The position numbers were made by a program, and so were the translations under genes. A model generated the notes under the pieces. The model ran no database searches. It saw only the letters and a program-made list of their open reading frames with translations, and had not been told where the DNA came from. Positions 39,401 through 50,031 of a stretch of 64,000 nt of DNA are shown here, one piece after another; the first letter of the stretch is position 1, and each line of letters starts with the position of its first letter. The stretch is from Lingula anatina (Eukaryota; Animalia; Brachiopoda), in the NCBI GenBank assembly GCA_051362555.1, contig CM120646.1:16120001-16184000 (forward strand), read 5' to 3'.

Positions 39401-42121
39401 TATTCCCTAGACATTTAGCAAACAATATGTGCTGGAGAGCATCTAGCCAGGGGCCTGTTTTACAAGAGAATAAATTTTTTTCTTAAATTTTGAGACCAAA
39501 TGTGTGTACCTTCATGTCCAGAACAACTAGGTCTGTATTAGTCCATTGAATAATAACTACTATTAGTCTTTAAGTATTTTCTTACATTTTGGGGAACAAG
39601 CCCCAAGAAGTAAACTACTCCTGATTTTTTCTCTGACACTATACACCTTAATTTACATTTTGAGACCTATATTTCTTCAACATAAATGAAATAAGATCTA
39701 AAAGTGGCTTTAAGGGACCATTCCCAGACCCTCTCATACTAACTGTCGATCGATCTCCGAGGGGATTCTCGATAAATTGCAGTGAACTTACTGAAGCTGC
39801 TAGGGGGTAATTCATTATCGTTTAACCGATTCAGTAAGCCTCTTAAGCTGAAAGCAATTTAAGAAACCCTTGGATAGGGATCGATCCTGTTAGATCAATG
39901 TAGGTATGGGAACCCTGTCTAAGTCTGATACATGTATGAGACACCATGCCAGCAGCTAAAAGTCCAAGCATCACACAGTGGAGAAATTGATCCAATGCAA
40001 CTTGGTTTTTGCTGACATTTTAATTAGACAACTATTTGTTTTCTTTTATGTGTGTGATATGTTTGAAAGCAATCATTTATTAACAGAAATGGTAGTAAAT
40101 ATTTAGACGCATAACCTTCAAAATATGTTTGGGTCACTTGGTTAAGAATAATAACAGAACTAATAGTGTGTTAGGGGTGTAATAATGTGAAAACAACTGA
40201 TAGAATGCATGTCTATACTGCAAAATATATATTACCTAATTCAAGCATGTTGATTTTAAAATTAAATTTCTTAGAACCCAACTCAACAGCTAGTGAGCCA
40301 GGGGCTAGTACACCAGGTGGAGCCACTAAGATGACACCAGAGGGCACCACTATGGTACCCTTGACTTGTAAGTGCATGACAGGACCATCCAAAGGTTTTG
40401 TGTGCATGAAGGGCATTATTGGTGCATTTTATAGGTTTATGATGTTAGCATGGTTGTTGATGCTCACTGTCCGTCACAACTGTTTCCAAATTTTATGATT
40501 TCATCTGTGTTGAAAACCATTGTACATTAACCTAAATACATGTGGAAACTCTTTGAGGGGTTAGAACTCTTCTTTTTTGGTTGGGGTCCTAGATACCTCT
40601 TAGAAATCTGGAGAGCTGGTTTTTAATGCCTGGGAGAATTATCAAGACTCATCAAAGGGTCCACATTTTAACCTCAAATTGCTTGGTAGATGAAATCATA
40701 ACAAGAAAGAACCGTTGTTGAAGTTACATGTCACCAGGAGAATGGGGCTTCAGTTTTATCATTGCATTTTCACATAGCTGTAAGGATGAGTGTGAATTTG
40801 TATGGCTTGTTTTTAAATTTTTCTTTTTTTCCAGCAAAGTTACCTGTCTGATCTGATGAATCTCAATTGTGTTGATTTCAGATGGGTTTTCCAGTACTGA
40901 GGACATACAAAATACTACAGGTTTTATTGAATAGTATTTTTAATGCTTTGCTTTTTGTGTATAACCACATACAAAGGTGTCACTGATATTTCTTATTTTG
41001 AAATTGAGTTGGTAAAATATGTTGTAGAGGGAAGGGCTAGACTTCAGGGATGTGATTTGTCTGGGGATTTTCCTGACTTCAGGGGATTTCATTCTTTTAT
41101 AACCAATATATTTTATATAGTTCAGGTGAGGAGTATCAGTAGACATTTTTAACATGAAAAACAAAGGGCTTTCAGTATGCTTAAACTTTCAGCTTCAGAA
41201 ACAAAATCTTATGCAGTTTCAGCTTTCTGGTGTTATTTTTCCTTTGAAGCTCTTTTCATTCTTAATAAAAAGCATGTCATTCTTGTCACAAATCTGAAAA
41301 TATGTGCTTATAATATATAATTAACATAGTAATTTTGTATCAATAATGTTTTTCATTTTCATTCAAATTTTATTGTGATTTATTTATTCTGAAACTTACA
41401 GATGCCAGTCTGTTTATGTTGGGATGGTACGCTTTTATACCTCTGATGATTCTCTGCATCTTTGAGCCGTTTTCTCTCAGAGCTTCTGATAGATGTATAC
41501 TTCTTACTGCTGGCAGTGAAAATTGAATGCCTTACCCCAGCTTATAAAAGACATGCCCCTTTTTAAACCTTTCTTATAGTCCCAGTGCAAAACACTTGCT
41601 TCCTACTCATAATATGGCAGTTTTACACATTAGATTTTTTTTCCCTTATCCACTGGTTTTTTTCATATAATACAGGTTGAAGCAGGGGAAATAAGCTATT
41701 TTGACCATTGAAGGCCTTTATGGCATATCAGATGTTACAGTGTTAATCAAAAGAAAAAAAAATTGCTCAACAAATTATTCTCATATATTTTTCTGCCAGC
41801 TGAAGCTAAATAAATGTATCATTGATGCCAATTATTTTACATGTTAATAATTAGGGGTAGATATTTTTTATTAATTATTTTCTTATTTCATCAGATGGTT
41901 GCATAAATTTAAAAGAAAAAATCTGGGTACATTTTGGAATAATATCAAACTAGATAGTTCTATTGTTATCACATAATATGATTGTCATTATTATTATAAT
42001 TATTATTATTTCAGCCACCCCCAAGGAGCCTGGAAAAGTAAGAGATGTGGCTTCTTCGAAAATTGCCTCCATTTCCATCACCATAGTGACTGTCACCCTA
42101 GCAACGCTATTGTTCTCATAA
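2862..42121 (+). CDS. Gene A: Klingon/Wrapper-like (IgLON-related) cell-adhesion protein, SP + 3 Ig + FN3 + Ser/Thr stalk + GPI signal, ~570 aa, 15 coding exons
   Basis: Exons 2862-2937, 27775-27852, 28475-28564, 32901-33026, 33260-33378, 33841-33994, 34554-34652, 34997-35179, 35488-35609, 36115-36307, 36741-36857, 37709-37798, 39081-39146, 40275-40367, 42015-42121. All are GT-AG with compatible phases and join into a 1713-nt ORF. Ig motifs: VQLNC..LNW..DSGTYAC; ISLAC..ITW..DSGSYEC; LLLQC..IKW..DLGEYKC. FN3 motif: TLTW..Y..LEPLMVYQVELVARN. 3Ig+FN3+GPI is the Drosophila Klingon/Wrapper architecture. Confidence 0.88.
3476..3601. mobile_element. Short MITE remnant with GTCCGAA repeats
   Basis: GGGGCGT..GATAGTCCGAA / TTCGGACTATTG..ACACCCC imperfect TIR; internal TTCATTGGTCCGAA repeats. 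Confidence 0.55.
11456..11683 (-). mobile_element. MITE family 1 copy (inverted)
   Basis: Reverse complement aligns with 25011-25226 and 540-720. Confidence 0.75.
11962..12650. mobile_element. ~690-bp MITE with 14-bp perfect TIR, Harbinger-like
   Basis: AGCCCGCCGCACAC (11962) / GTGTGCGGCGGGCT (12637-12650); follows TTA; CpG-rich. Confidence 0.75.
15328..15479. mobile_element. Small MITE, 18-bp perfect inverted termini
   Basis: CGCATTCAGAACAGTGGA / TCCACTGTTCTGAATGCG. Confidence 0.65.
17417..17700. mobile_element. CMC/EnSpm-like MITE (CCC termini, 2-bp TSD)
   Basis: CCCGCAC(G/A)AA TIR, GT duplicated on both flanks, internal GCAGTAG/GAAGCA repeats. Confidence 0.65.
25011..25226 (+). mobile_element. 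MITE family 1 copy
   Basis: TTCCCAGAG..AGATCGATCTA / TAGATCGATCT..CTCTGGAAA ends; shared core with 540-720. Confidence 0.75.
25442..25705 (+). mobile_element. MITE family 1 related subfamily
   Basis: AGGGACCATTCCCAG ... ATGGGAACC.AGTCTAA; closely matches 39712-39921. Confidence 0.65.
27775..27852 (+). CDS. Gene A exon 2, Ig1 N-part (ESPAQEVAVELGDDVQLNCSFPVTEG)
   Basis: tttcag acceptor, gtaagt donor, G.DVQLNC B-strand motif. Confidence 0.9.
28475..28564 (+). CDS. Gene A exon 3, Ig1 middle (VIPSLNWQKQPKIIYVKEIAVHTDSRISLA)
   Basis: ctag/gtaagg boundaries, C-strand Trp, D.R.S motif, phase 1-1. Confidence 0.88.
28679..32303 (+). mobile_element. Non-autonomous Helentron-type element (HINE/DINE-1-like) with central tandem array, in gene A intron 3
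   Basis: 5' subTIR TTGTACCACCAGC (28679) with an adjacent inverted copy GCTGGCGGTACA, then a GTCC-like low-complexity tract. 3' subTIR GCTGGTGGTACAA (32254-32266), hairpin GAGGCG-gtat-CGCCTC (32273-32288), CTAGTT end. Confidence 0.85.
29655..32096. repeat. Tandem array of 146-bp monomers, ~16.7 copies
   Basis: CTCCAAAAC recurs every 146 nt from 29661 to 31997 (17 starts); monomers are highly similar. Confidence 0.97.
32435..32620 (-). mobile_element. Truncated second copy of the Kolobok-like MITE
   Basis: Reverse complement of ~59790-59975, ending AAGAGTTATTATCCCTTTAA. Confidence 0.7.
32901..33026 (+). CDS. Gene A exon 4, Ig1 C-part (YNLVISGTQLSDSGTYAC)
   Basis: tttcag/gtatgt boundaries, D.G.Y.C motif. 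Confidence 0.93.
33260..33378 (+). CDS. Gene A exon 5, Ig2 N-half (ISLACNASGIPSPTITW)
   Basis: I-set C.A.G.P.P.I.W motif; tttag/gtatgt. Confidence 0.93.
33841..33994 (+). CDS. Gene A exon 6, Ig2 C-half (LTIEEATETDSGSYECTAANGVG)
   Basis: Phase 0 acceptor taag, donor gtaagt, D.G.Y.C.A.N motif. Confidence 0.93.
34038..34210. mobile_element. MITE with CAGGCCTGTAG termini (hAT-like)
   Basis: CAGGCCTGTAG / CTACAGGCCTG 11-bp TIR; TSD not recognisable. Confidence 0.55.
34554..34652 (+). CDS. Gene A exon 7, Ig3 N-part (FPPEIVF...LLLQCGTKGSPVP)
   Basis: tacag/gtgagc boundaries, in frame. Confidence 0.9.
34997..35179 (+). CDS. Gene A exon 8, Ig3 C-part (IKWHL...STLRV...DLGEYKCTAKNALG)
   Basis: ttacag/gtttgt boundaries, Ig motifs. 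Confidence 0.92.
35488..35609 (+). CDS. Gene A exon 9, FN3 N-half (EPENVTITS...FTLTW...IEYKLKLR)
   Basis: ttcag/gtaagt boundaries, FN3 Trp and Tyr. Confidence 0.9.
36115..36307 (+). CDS. Gene A exon 10, FN3 C-half (FTLEGLEPLMVYQVELVARNKFGES)
   Basis: Classic FN3 L.P...Y...V.A.N..G.S motif; ccag/gtatat. Confidence 0.92.
36369..36470. repeat. (CT)n/(CA)n microsatellite
   Basis: Direct inspection. Confidence 0.95.
36741..36857 (+). CDS. Gene A exon 11, Thr-rich mucin-like stalk (STTTTTTMPPPTTTTEMLQGSGSGKEDTN)
   Basis: cacag/gtaagt boundaries, phase 1-1. Confidence 0.88.
37232..37356 (+). CDS. Gene A putative alternative terminal exon T1 (LEKTIASRNKRSNPNTTTVTVITSAYLFFQLLSCVISSLSL*)
   Basis: ttttcag acceptor, phase-1 frame open to TAG with a hydrophobic C-terminus. 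No transcript evidence. Confidence 0.4.
37709..37798 (+). CDS. Gene A stalk cassette exon (PSGEIDNMTLPEISSGEAEGDTVPTLVYVK)
   Basis: ctcttag/gtaggg boundaries, 90 nt, phase 1-1, acidic with SG motifs. Confidence 0.65.
39081..39146 (+). CDS. Gene A stalk cassette exon (EFAEVANTTNMGEEIIPVTKLE)
   Basis: Long pyrimidine tract and ctaac branch point, tgtag/gtgagg boundaries, 66 nt, phase 1-1. Confidence 0.7.
39712..39921 (+). mobile_element. MITE family 1 related subfamily
   Basis: Same termini and TTAAGCTGAAAGCAATTTA block as 25442-25705. Confidence 0.65.
40275..40367 (+). CDS. Gene A stalk exon (EPNSTASEPGASTPGGATKMTPEGTTMVPLT)
   Basis: cttag/gtaagt boundaries, 93 nt, phase 1-1, S/T/P-rich. 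Confidence 0.8.
41402..41526 (+). CDS. Gene A putative alternative terminal exon T2, transmembrane-like (YASLFMLGWYAFIPLMILCIFEPFSLRASDRCILLTAGSEN*)
   Basis: ttacag acceptor after a T-rich tract; the phase-1 frame gives a ~20-aa hydrophobic segment and a short tail. Confidence 0.5.
42015..42121 (+). CDS. Gene A terminal exon T3, GPI-signal-like (STPKEPGKVRDVASSKIASISITIVTVTLATLLFS*)
   Basis: tttcag acceptor, small-residue omega region then hydrophobic end, followed by a long U-rich 3'UTR. Confidence 0.85.
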
Positions 42122-44756
42122 CTTATGGCCTTTGTATCAGTTGCTAAGCAACATTACATAACCTTTTAGATAAATACAAAAACTTTGCTGCACTAAAGAT
42201 AAACTGCATATTCTTGGGGAAAGTATGTTAATGTAGAAATGAATATCTTCACCATCAAAACTTAACACTGATTGCGTATCCTGCAATGGGAGATCCATTT
42301 TTTTAATCCTCGCACACTGTAAAATCTGATATTCATTAAATTTTTTCTCTGCATTTATTTATTTATTATTTTAAATACTTAATTTGATGTCTTAAGTCTG
42401 TTATTATTTTATTTATTTTATTCTATTTTATTTTTTTTGAGGGGGGATAACTTACAGGAGTCAGTTGATCAGAATTATCAGCTCTGTTGCTGAAGAACCA
42501 TTTCAGCAAAGAGATTTAATGATTAAACTAACTTGTTACTCTATTTATAAGAATGGTCAATTTAGGAAAGGTGGAAAAGGCTTTACTGCAGGCCCCTTGC
42601 ACAGTTGAAGTTCAGCATTAGCTATAGCAGGTTTAGTAGAATCATTAGGTTTTTGCATATTTAGTTTATGTATGTATTATGTTACTGTGACTTCCCATGC
42701 CTTGTTTTGTTTTTGTTGTGGTTTTGATGAATTTAGTACACAAAATTAACATTTTTTCAGTTTGATTATATTGTAATTTTTGTACTGCAGAAAATGTGGT
42801 TGTAAGGATGACAAATTGGTTCATCTAGAAGCTTATGCATTGTCAAAGTGATCAGCGTTTTGTTGCCTAATGTAGATTTCTCAAATAGTTTTTTTAATTG
42901 ATGGTATTACTGCAGCAGTATATATGACTCAGTAGCATCTTAAGCACTTGATCAGTGAAAGGAAGTTTACCCACAAAGTGTATATTGTGTACATCTTCCT
43001 TAATTGTAAATTAATAGCATGACTGCAGCAGTACATATGGCATCATAATAATTTTAGTATTTTGTTTGAGAAAGAAGGCCGAATCCTAGCCATTTTCCCC
43101 TCATAATGTTTGTTCATCTCCTTTCTGTTTTATATTTCATTAAGCTCTGAAAATCACTTCTTAATAAAAGTAGAAATGACAGGAACTTAGCCCAGGTTTT
43201 AAAAGTGTGGTTATGTAACTTCATTATAAAAAATAACCTGCCCTGAAAGGTGCTGGTGCTATGCTTTTCATGTAGATAATATATGGGCTGAGCAAGATCT
43301 TTTTTAATTTGCACACAAGCTGATGTTTTCCACTTGTCTGCTGTCCCTGTGCAACATTTTTTTCAAATTTTGGTTAATTTGCATTCACTTTAAGTTAGAA
43401 GATGTTATCTGTTCTAACATAGCCAAAATGAAGTTCATGATAAATTTTTGTCTTTTTATCTTGTGATTTAGCTTGATATTGCTCCTTGAAGTGTTTTTAG
43501 TCATGACTTTGAAGTTATTTTTAAATATATTTCAAGATCTTGTTTCACTTTTTTTTGTAAAGTGATTTGTTTTGCAATAAGCATGCTTAAAGTAAGCTTG
43601 TTACTTAAGTGTATAGGAAAAAGTAATTATTACGTTCACTCAAGGCTTGTGGTAACATATTAAATTCAAACTTTTTTTTTGTTCTATTTTTTGTTATTCT
43701 ATTGTAGTTAACTTGAGTTAAAGGTTTTTTATTTTTATTTTATTTATTTATTTTACGAAGATGTGCAGCTTTGTGGTGGTATTGTGCTTCATGTTTGAAA
43801 AGATGGACTTAATGTCAACGATTTTAGAAACACTTCAAATGCCATGACATGGATAGATAGATAAATTTTTCTACTACTACTATTACTTGCAGTAAAAGTA
43901 GTACTTGTTCTCAAGGGCAGACTGCAGTCTTAAAGCCTGGGAGAGGTTATTTTGTGTTTACATTTTATCTTTAAAACGTTTTATATAATTATTATTGTTA
44001 ATTTTTTACTTCGTCTTTATTACACAGTTTTAATCCCTGTATGTATGGCATAAGTTGATGCATTACCAAATGGGTCTCGCGTGCACTCTCAAGCAGAACC
44101 TGTTCTCCTTATTTCCGTCAAAGATTTGCTCAGTTTCTTGTTCTTGTCGCCTAGATGATGTATACAGCTGTGACATACTCTCTGTGAGGGTATACACTGT
44201 AGTTTTGATTGAAGCTGTTTAACTGTTTTATGCTTATCATCTATGTTTGCAGTCTATAGAGGAATGAGGTTTTTTCCACTTACAGGGGAGAGAAGGGAGT
44301 TAAAATCTAGTTGAGTAAGCAGTTAAAATTATTATACAGACACACTATGTCTGTATATATTTTGATCTTTATCTGTCATTGCCGTCTGACACATCTGTTG
44401 TTCAGTAAAAAGGCAGGTTCCTTTTTAAAATTGACGTGATAATTTTTTTTAAACTGAAGCTCTTCATTTCTTCCATGTATCTTGGCAATGTTTTGCTTAA
44501 TGATATTAAGTGTCTGTACATTTGCCAGCTTTGCTGTCTAGATAAAAAACAATCTGCCTTCAAAACATGCCATTTATATTTTATATGTGTAAGGTTGTAA
44601 GTGGCCATTAATTTCCTTTTCAATTGTTCCCTTGTATGATTTATTGGTAACTAACTTACATTGCATTTTAGAAAACGCCTTGTTATAGGTTGAAGTGAAC
44701 CTCATTGCTTTATTGAGACATTTGATATCTGCTTTATGTACTGTAAACCTTTTTAT

Positions 44757-44762
44757 AATAAA
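44757..44762 (+). terminator. Candidate polyadenylation signal (AATAAA) of gene A
   Basis: AATAAA at the end of a T-rich ~2.6-kb tract, where strand bias switches to A-rich. Confidence 0.45.
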
Positions 44763-45946
44763 TGGTTTTGAACTTATAAAGTTAGACTTTTTACACTCAA
44801 AAATTGCAAAAAAAAAAAAAAGTATGCTGCTACTTTTAGCTTATTCCTAAATGGAAAAAAATGTTTTTATCTTACATATGAATCATTTTATTTCTGAATC
44901 CATGTTAAACCATACATTATTAACTACAGAGTGCTAAAAGATCTATTCTTAAAAAATACCATGCCTCTGTCTGCTGTCTTTTATTTTACAATAGAACTTG
45001 TGACAAAATCCTCAAAGATTCCCGTAACACGGGTGAATAACTATCCTTACGATGATTCAAGAAAATGCATTTTGAACTGCATCATGGCTACACGCCAAAA
45101 TGCTCTTGAGGGCCACCTTACAAGTTTCTCCAACTTGGCTAAACCTAGCCCAAATCACTTAATAGGCATTTCAGCAACCAAAAAGAAAAATTGGTAGCAA
45201 TAAACCTCCTCCACAATAAATGGCTATGGATAAAGCATCTAGCTAAAAGCAATAATCAAGTCCTAGTTTGAATCGAGTTATGCGCTGGAGTTTCCAAGGT
45301 TACCAGTCATCAAACTAAAATTCAAAGTTTACGACTTTTACCTGAGGAAGTTTCTTACTTTTTAAAAAAGTGTAAATAGTCACTAACAGTTAAAAGCTAA
45401 CTAACGCCATTAATTTTAAATTTCTTTGATTGTAAAAATATACATTCTCTAGATGTAGACATTCGAGTATAAAGATACATAATACTTTATGTACAGTGAA
45501 TACATAGCAACATTATTTTTACTTGTTCATGTATAATTTTTCTATAAAAAACTGTGTAAAATATGTATACCATTGCTATGCAGTCTAAAAATTAATATGT
45601 ACATTTTTTTTTCTGGGCAGACATGCTTCTGGCTACATGAACCTTAAACTGATGATATCAGTATGACACGAAGAGATTAAAGGATTTATGAGCTTGTTGT
45701 CACAGGCAAAAGTAATAATCAAAATTTTCTTTTATAGCTAGTTCCCCTTCCATAAAAGATGAACTAGCATCATAAAATAGTTAACCATTACAAAGTGAAC
45801 TTGGGACAAGCGTCATATGATTCAATGACATGCCAAAACCAAATCAAAAAACTATAAATCAATGCGTTCATCGAACCTTTTTAAGCACCCAGTCCAGTGA
45901 GAATTTTGTAAAAAATTCCAAAGAAGTGGTAATATATATATACATA

Positions 45947-46170
45947 CTGACAGTCAATGAAAACGCATCATTTATTTATCAAATAATATTTTAAGTTCCT
46001 TAAGCACATATGGAAAAAAAAAAACAATTTTCGTGTGAAATATGAAATAGTGGTCAGCCCACTCTCTTATGACCAAACAAATGCATTTGTACTCGTTTGT
46101 ATATGGTTGGAATCGATTCTCGGTAAAAAAAGTACAAGAAAGTTTTCTGATGCATTTTCATTGACTGTCA

Positions 46171-46171
<1 letters not shown>
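45947..46171. mobile_element. Tc1/mariner-like MITE (TA TSD)
   Basis: 24-bp TIR CTGACAGTCAATGAAAA(C/T)GCATCA with TA flanks and TA runs. Confidence 0.75.

Positions 46172-46214
<43 letters not shown>
46172..46214. repeat. (TA)n microsatellite
   Basis: Direct inspection. Confidence 0.95.
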
Positions 46215-46218
<4 letters not shown>

Positions 46219-47111
46219 TTGTATTTACATGGAAAAGGATGTCCTGGTATGGAGTGGCAGCTGCGTAATGGACAGCATACAAGATGGTCTTTGTACTAAA
46301 TCTTGGACCCTATTTACACCCATTGGTAGACTGACTGAACTAATGCAATTTAAGAAGACTCACATGCAATAACAGGAGGGTTTTTACTGCCTTTCACAAG
46401 TTCTCCACAAATTTGCTTTCTGCTTTTTTAATGAGTTCATTGGCTATGTCAAGCACAGCATTGGGAAGGAAGGGAATATCTAGTTTTGTACAGTTTTGCT
46501 AATATAGAATACACCTGGATCTTAAGACAACTGCTTACCCAGCTAAAATATTCAATCTTCACTGAAACTGAAAATGTTATGAAAGTATACAACCGTTGAG
46601 CTTATTTCAAATTTATGCTTATAAAAAATAGTTTCAAATTTTTAGTTGGCCAAGTCATGCAGAGATGACTGGTCAGCACTACAAAATTAGCGGGGATAAC
46701 AGAAAAGTGGACATCTTTATCCTTCCCTTTCTCTTTTAATTATTTATCTAATTTTTGCCAGTTCCTGCATGCTGTCCCTACATGTAAAAATAGTAAACAA
46801 CAGTCCTTTTGTCTCACATTCACTACAGTCCTCACTCTTGTGATGCTTGAAAATTTGGTCTTTTAAATATATATAAAAAAAACATCTAAAGATGCTTCTC
46901 ACATCACATCATCTTCATTTTCTGAAATTAAATGAAACATATATGTCAAACCACTAACAGAAAATACTGAATGAAAAGTAATATAATGTTCGAATTCCTT
47001 TAAATTTTATTATCATCAACACCATAATCATCCACTATTATCATAAATATTGCTATTTGAAGAATGAAAATTCCAGATGAGACAAATTCACTCATCGAAG
47101 GATACTACCTA

Positions 47112-47221
47112 CTATGAAAGGCTCCAGAATAATAGCAGCAAAAGCAGTGATACAAAACCACTGAGTGTTGTGGCTCCACTCACAGCCCCTGCTATCTGAT
47201 CAGGTTGCGCTGTATTTGTCT
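47112..47221 (-). CDS. Gene C exon 8, GPI signal
   Basis: ETNTAQPDQIAGAVSGATTLSGFVSLLLLLLFWSLS*. Confidence 0.88.
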
Positions 47222-49961
47222 CTGAAATAAATAGAGGTCAGGGGTCAAGACTTGTTTAAAAGCTTGAAATCAACCAGAAACAAGCCAAGCCAGTCTTAAA
47301 ATTTAAACTATAGGCAAATTTTACAATGGGAATTTTTTTAAAAAATAATTTTAATATTTGGTCCACTTCTACTAGATGGTCCACTTCTACTAGTACTAGA
47401 TGATTTCATAATAGTCCACTGGAATAGAGTAGTTAATATGTTATGTGACCTTGTCAATATACAGTATTTGGTTTTAAGGGTGTTTTTCAGTGTTACAATC
47501 ACATTCATTAAGCTTTTATTACACAACCTTTCTTCTTTTCTTTTTTCTTCCACTTTATGAAAATCAGGTTTTGATCTATTTTAATTCCTAATGTTAGTAC
47601 TTTAAAATCTGCCCACAAATTATTCACTTGACCCCCCATTTCACCAAGCTACTCACCTTCTAATTTGATGGTCAAGGAAGAGCTACCTTTATTATTTGAA
47701 ACACTGCATGTGTAATAACCATAGTCATCACTAGATACACTGTTAATGACATACTTTGCCGTGGCTTCACTGTTGGCTCTTTGTAAGAAACGATAATCAC
47801 TGTAAAAGAAAAGAATGTAAGATTTTCATTTATTATAATGAAATATTACTTAATAAAACTTTAAAACCCATTACATCAACTGTCATTAACTGAATTAAAT
47901 TAGTTATGATATAAAGCAATGCAAAGCAAGGATTTTTAACTTGCTAGGCAATAAAACAAGGCAAATATTTATTGGCTGTCCAGTAATTTGGTTTCTTACA
48001 TGGTAATATATTCATGTTAATCATATATTACAAATTTAAAGAAATTAATATCTGAAGTGACCAGTTTATTTCAACAAATTGAAAGTATGTAGCTAATTGA
48101 ACCTTGAATTGGAAAAAAATCTTGTCAGACTTGTCTTTGTAAGTTAAAATAATCATCTGCACTTTATTACATTCAAACTGCAACAGCACCCAAATGCACA
48201 AAAATTTGCCATAATTTAGAACAACCTATCAGATGTGTTGTTGCTTGCAATTTTCTGTGTGATAATGTAAACCAGACTTTGATTGGCAGATTCAACTTTC
48301 AACACACACCAATCAGGGGTATCAGCAGAAGTCTTAAAGATGTTCAGCACTTGCAAAAAGAGGACAACTTACCCTGAAGTTAGATCTTGAGAGCCACTGT
48401 CTTTTAACTTACTGAAAGACCACACAACATCTCCAGATTCAACATTGGGATTGGCCAAGATAAAACACAGAATAGAAATTTTGTGCCCTTTTTTCTGAAG
48501 GGCGACATGTTCATTTTCTCTATTCAGGTATGGCGAACTGAGAACAGGGGTGACTGGAATTGTATTAAAAAAAATAATAACAGAAATGAAAATAAACAAC
48601 TGAAAAATGATGACTGAAACTGACATTACAGCTGCAAGGTAACCTTTTGAAAGATTTAAAAAAACTGCATATATGTGTTTTTCTTTTAAAGCAAAACAAT
48701 TTCATCTTCAGTTTGTAACTACTGTTATAAAACTGAAAATAATTTACCCATATTAAAAATTTTCTCAGTTGATAAAATCTGTATTGGAATAATAACAAAT
48801 GTGAGCCACTAACGCCACCATTTGATAAAATGCCATATATTACAATGAAAAAATAAGGCTCTTAATCATCTGACTGTCTAATGCTGTGCAAGTGTGAGTT
48901 AGATTCTTACAATCAACAATGAGCTGTACTTCAGTTGTGGCCACACCAACCCTGTTGGTGGCTTCACAGCGGAACAACCCCATGTCTTCTGCCTTGGCAC
49001 TTCTTATGTCCAACTTTTCTCCAATATACTGTAAAGAAGCCAATTAAGAGTTCAACATCCCCAGTGTCAATGCCAATTTTATACCAATCTGCAACCATGC
49101 CTTCATCTTCCTGTGAACCTTTACGCTTATGTTTTTTTGTTTTTTTTTGACAATGATGCAGCTGTCATATTTGCATCCACGTTTAAAAGCAATCATTTGT
49201 GAAGATCTGTTTCACAACAAATTCAGCAGGTTTTCTGGTAGAAGATGAACTATATTTGCAAAAACCCAGGCTTTTGCAACATTTTTAGTGGGCACAGAGA
49301 GTGACATCAGTCAGTTCTACAGTTTCAGAATTTATACACTCAGTCTGAAGCTTTTTAACTTTAAAGTGCAGTGTTTTAGTCTGTTAATTAAAGTACTCCT
49401 TATTCAATGTAGGGACTCTATAATGTTCAACTTCCCTAATCTTTTTCTGCCTCACATTGACAGTAGTATAGATAAATAAGGCTTGTGAAAATAAAAACAA
49501 CGATTACTTGCCTCTTCTCCACCACCTGGCATCATGCCGCCTCCAACTCTCTCCCATTTAATTTCTGGTGCAGGAGACCCCGATGCTTTACACAGTAGGG
49601 AAGTGTGCTTGTCTTCGTCTACCTGCGCTACTTGGGTGGTTTGCATTTTCAGAATTTTAGGAGCATCTGTAAAAAAAAATTATATATATATATATATATA
49701 TATAACAAGCGTGCATGTGGTACAGTGCTCAACTGTCCGTAGCATTCATGCCCAATTAAAATTAATAAATAAATAAAAAAACAAGAGACATGTATCAACC
49801 CCATAAGTGCCTTCACGCTGTGTAGATAAACGGCTAAAACTCCATTTTCAAAAAAAAAAAAACCTCCTGACGATCGGGCATACCTTCTGAAACTCAGAGT
49901 CGGGGTTGATACATGTCTCTCGATTTTTTTAATTTATTTATTAATTTTAATTGTGCATAGT

Positions 49962-50031
<70 letters not shown>

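Noticed and set aside
47360-47402. 18-bp tandem duplication GGTCCACTTCTACTAG
   Set aside because: Ordinary local slippage duplication in an intron.
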